From: an uncultured Deinococcales bacterium | GTDB lineage: Bacteria; Deinococcota; Deinococci; Deinococcales; JAAFIG01 | Assembly (NCBI GenBank): GCA_964247135.1 | Contig: CAXTTL010000091.1 | Span: 1 to 17,558, forward strand | DNA length: 17,558 nucleotides | Reading direction: 5' to 3' | Shown: positions 16,029 to 17,558 of the stretch, one piece after another | Position numbering within the stretch: the stretch's first letter is position 1 | Layout of the letters: every line of letters starts with the position of its first letter | Notes under the pieces: generated by a model | Seen by the model: the letters and a program-made list of their open reading frames with translations, nothing else | What the model was told of the DNA's origin: nothing | Database searches by the model: none | Made by a program: the position numbers and the translations under genes

Positions 16029-17030
16029 TTATTGATACACCGCAATCGAAAACGCAATCCTGCGCTTCGGGTGAATCAAAACCTTGCCCTTCCACGCCAT
16101 CCCGACGCTCGAACCACCATCGAGCGCGATGGCTTCTTTGGCGTTTAACGCTTTCATGATTTTGGAAAGTTGCCATAAATTGAGTTTCTCGCGGGTGCTG
16201 ACAAAAAAGAGTTTGCGTTCGCTCGAGATGCCCACCGCCGAACGTGAGGCGCGTCCCCAAACGGCGGCGTCTTTGAAACCTTCGCCTTTGGGAGCAACTT
16301 GCACCAGACCTCGGCGCAGAATGTAGGGTCCGCTCGAGATCAGGGTTTCAAATCCCGACCAGTCGAGCCTCGAGGCGCGGGAGAGTGATTCTGGTTTGAC
16401 CCAAAGGTAGGCGCGGTTGTCGGGCGTGATGCCGAGGGCGGTGCGGAGTTTCCCCCTGGCAACGTAACGTCCGTTGATGACCAGATCGCCGGCTGGGGCA
16501 AAGGTGGCGGTATTAAAGTATCCGCCGTTAATCATGGCGACGGCTTTGGAACCCGCAACCATCGCGTCAAAATTGGCGCCTTTATTGTGTTTGGGCAGGA
16601 TTGCTTTGACCTGAACGCTTGGGTTCTCGAGGTTGACGCGCACGATTTTAACGTGAAATCCAAACACGGTTTTTTCCTCAAAGGTGACACTGTTTTGAAT
16701 GCCCAGTTGAATTTGGCGCGGTTTGGCAACTTTGGGCTTAACCCGAATTTGTTTGAGCTTGGAAGGGTTGCTGATGGGTGTAAACGTTGGGGCTGCCTCG
16801 GGAATCGGCTCGGTGGGTGTGCCTGGGATCACTGGTTCGGGGGCTAAAGGTAGGCTCGGTGTGGCTGGTGCGGGTTGAATTGATGCGGGTTGAATTGATG
16901 CGGGTTGAATTGGCTCTGGTTGAATGGGTGCAACTGGCACATGGGGTGGCAAAACAGGGGCATCATTTTGGGGTTCCCCAAAACTCGAGCCACAAAATGA
17001 GATGAGTAGCACAACCAAAATTCGTTTCAA
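16029..17030 (-). CDS. Secreted phosphodiester glycosidase (NAGPA/DUF2233) family protein with Pro-rich linker
   Basis: Signal-like LKRILVVLLISF after RBS GGAGG (TTG at 17030); AMINGGYF, SSGPYIL, RSAVG, AIALDGGSS. Confidence 0.85.
   Translation of the reverse strand: MKRILVVLLISFCGSSFGEPQNDAPVLPPHVPVAPIQPEPIQPASIQPASIQPAPATPSLPLAPEPVIPGTPTEPIPEAAPTFTPISNPSKLKQIRVKPKVAKPRQIQLGIQNSVTFEEKTVFGFHVKIVRVNLENPSVQVKAILPKHNKGANFDAMVAGSKAVAMINGGYFNTATFAPAGDLVINGRYVARGKLRTALGITPDNRAYLWVKPESLSRASRLDWSGFETLISSGPYILRRGLVQVAPKGEGFKDAAVWGRASRSAVGISSERKLFFVSTREKLNLWQLSKIMKALNAKEAIALDGGSSVGMAWKGKVLIHPKRRIAFSIAVYQ
16869..16928. repeat. 15-bp coding tandem repeat (IQP[A/E][S/P] x4)
   Basis: TGCGGGTTGAATTGA twice exactly, plus two degenerate copies. 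Confidence 0.85.
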
Positions 17031-17195
17031 ATGCGATCCTCCAGGTGATGTTTGTATTGTACGGGTTTTGCAGGTTTTTAAACATCGCAATTGAACAGAG
17101 GCTGTGTTGCTCGAGGTTTTCGTCAATTTTTTCATTCTTTACTCAAACCTGGCTTTTCACGGCTTTTTGGTTTCATCGCTTGCACACCTCCAGAA

Positions 17196-17204
17196 TGGTA
17201 CACT
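17196..17204 (+). promoter_or_regulatory. Putative extended -10 (TGnTACACT) for mreB
   Basis: TGGTACACT about 100 nt upstream of the mreB start. Confidence 0.45.
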
Positions 17205-17299
17205 CGAGCCTTGAGACCCGCCATTTCCAGTTTTTTGGATTGTGTGGCGTAAAAAATCGAGCAAAACAGCCACGTCATGTACGCGGCTCGAGGAGTTAA

Positions 17300-17558
<259 letters not shown>

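Noticed and set aside
221-17292. CTCGAG copies as a CRISPR array or cloning scars
   Set aside because: Only 6 bp, irregularly spaced, and embedded in intact reading frames; no cas genes or repeat-spacer structure.

Overview
Bacterial chromosomal window, roughly 50-55% GC by eye. It is most likely from a rod-shaped member of Deinococcota: DnaE has a Deinococcus-type insertion, the sugar-binding protein resembles the Thermus one, some starts look leaderless, and mreB is present. Gene order: C-terminus of a GMC oxidoreductase, aldehyde dehydrogenase, and a glucose-type ABC binding protein with two permeases (+); an MJ1316(DUF504)-RtcB RNA-repair fusion (-) preceded by a candidate ~90-nt sRNA; a hypothetical gene (-); an M16 peptidase pair and an Asp/Asn beta-hydroxylase-like gene (+); a GNAT (-); a Uma2 nuclease and dnaE (+); a phosphodiester glycosidase (-); and the start of mreB (+). 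Four signals stand out. (1) The palindrome CTCGAG occurs about 128 times by hand count (about 4 expected), in all reading frames and in intergenic DNA, like a HIP1-type iterated palindrome. (2) A ~33% GC tract inside dnaE coincides with the DnaE intein insertion hot-spot, although no intein is present. (3) The MJ1316-RtcB fusion has an internal ribosome-binding site and an upstream structured RNA candidate. (4) Several distinct REP-like elements occupy the intergenic gaps. All family assignments come from motif recognition; no searches were run.
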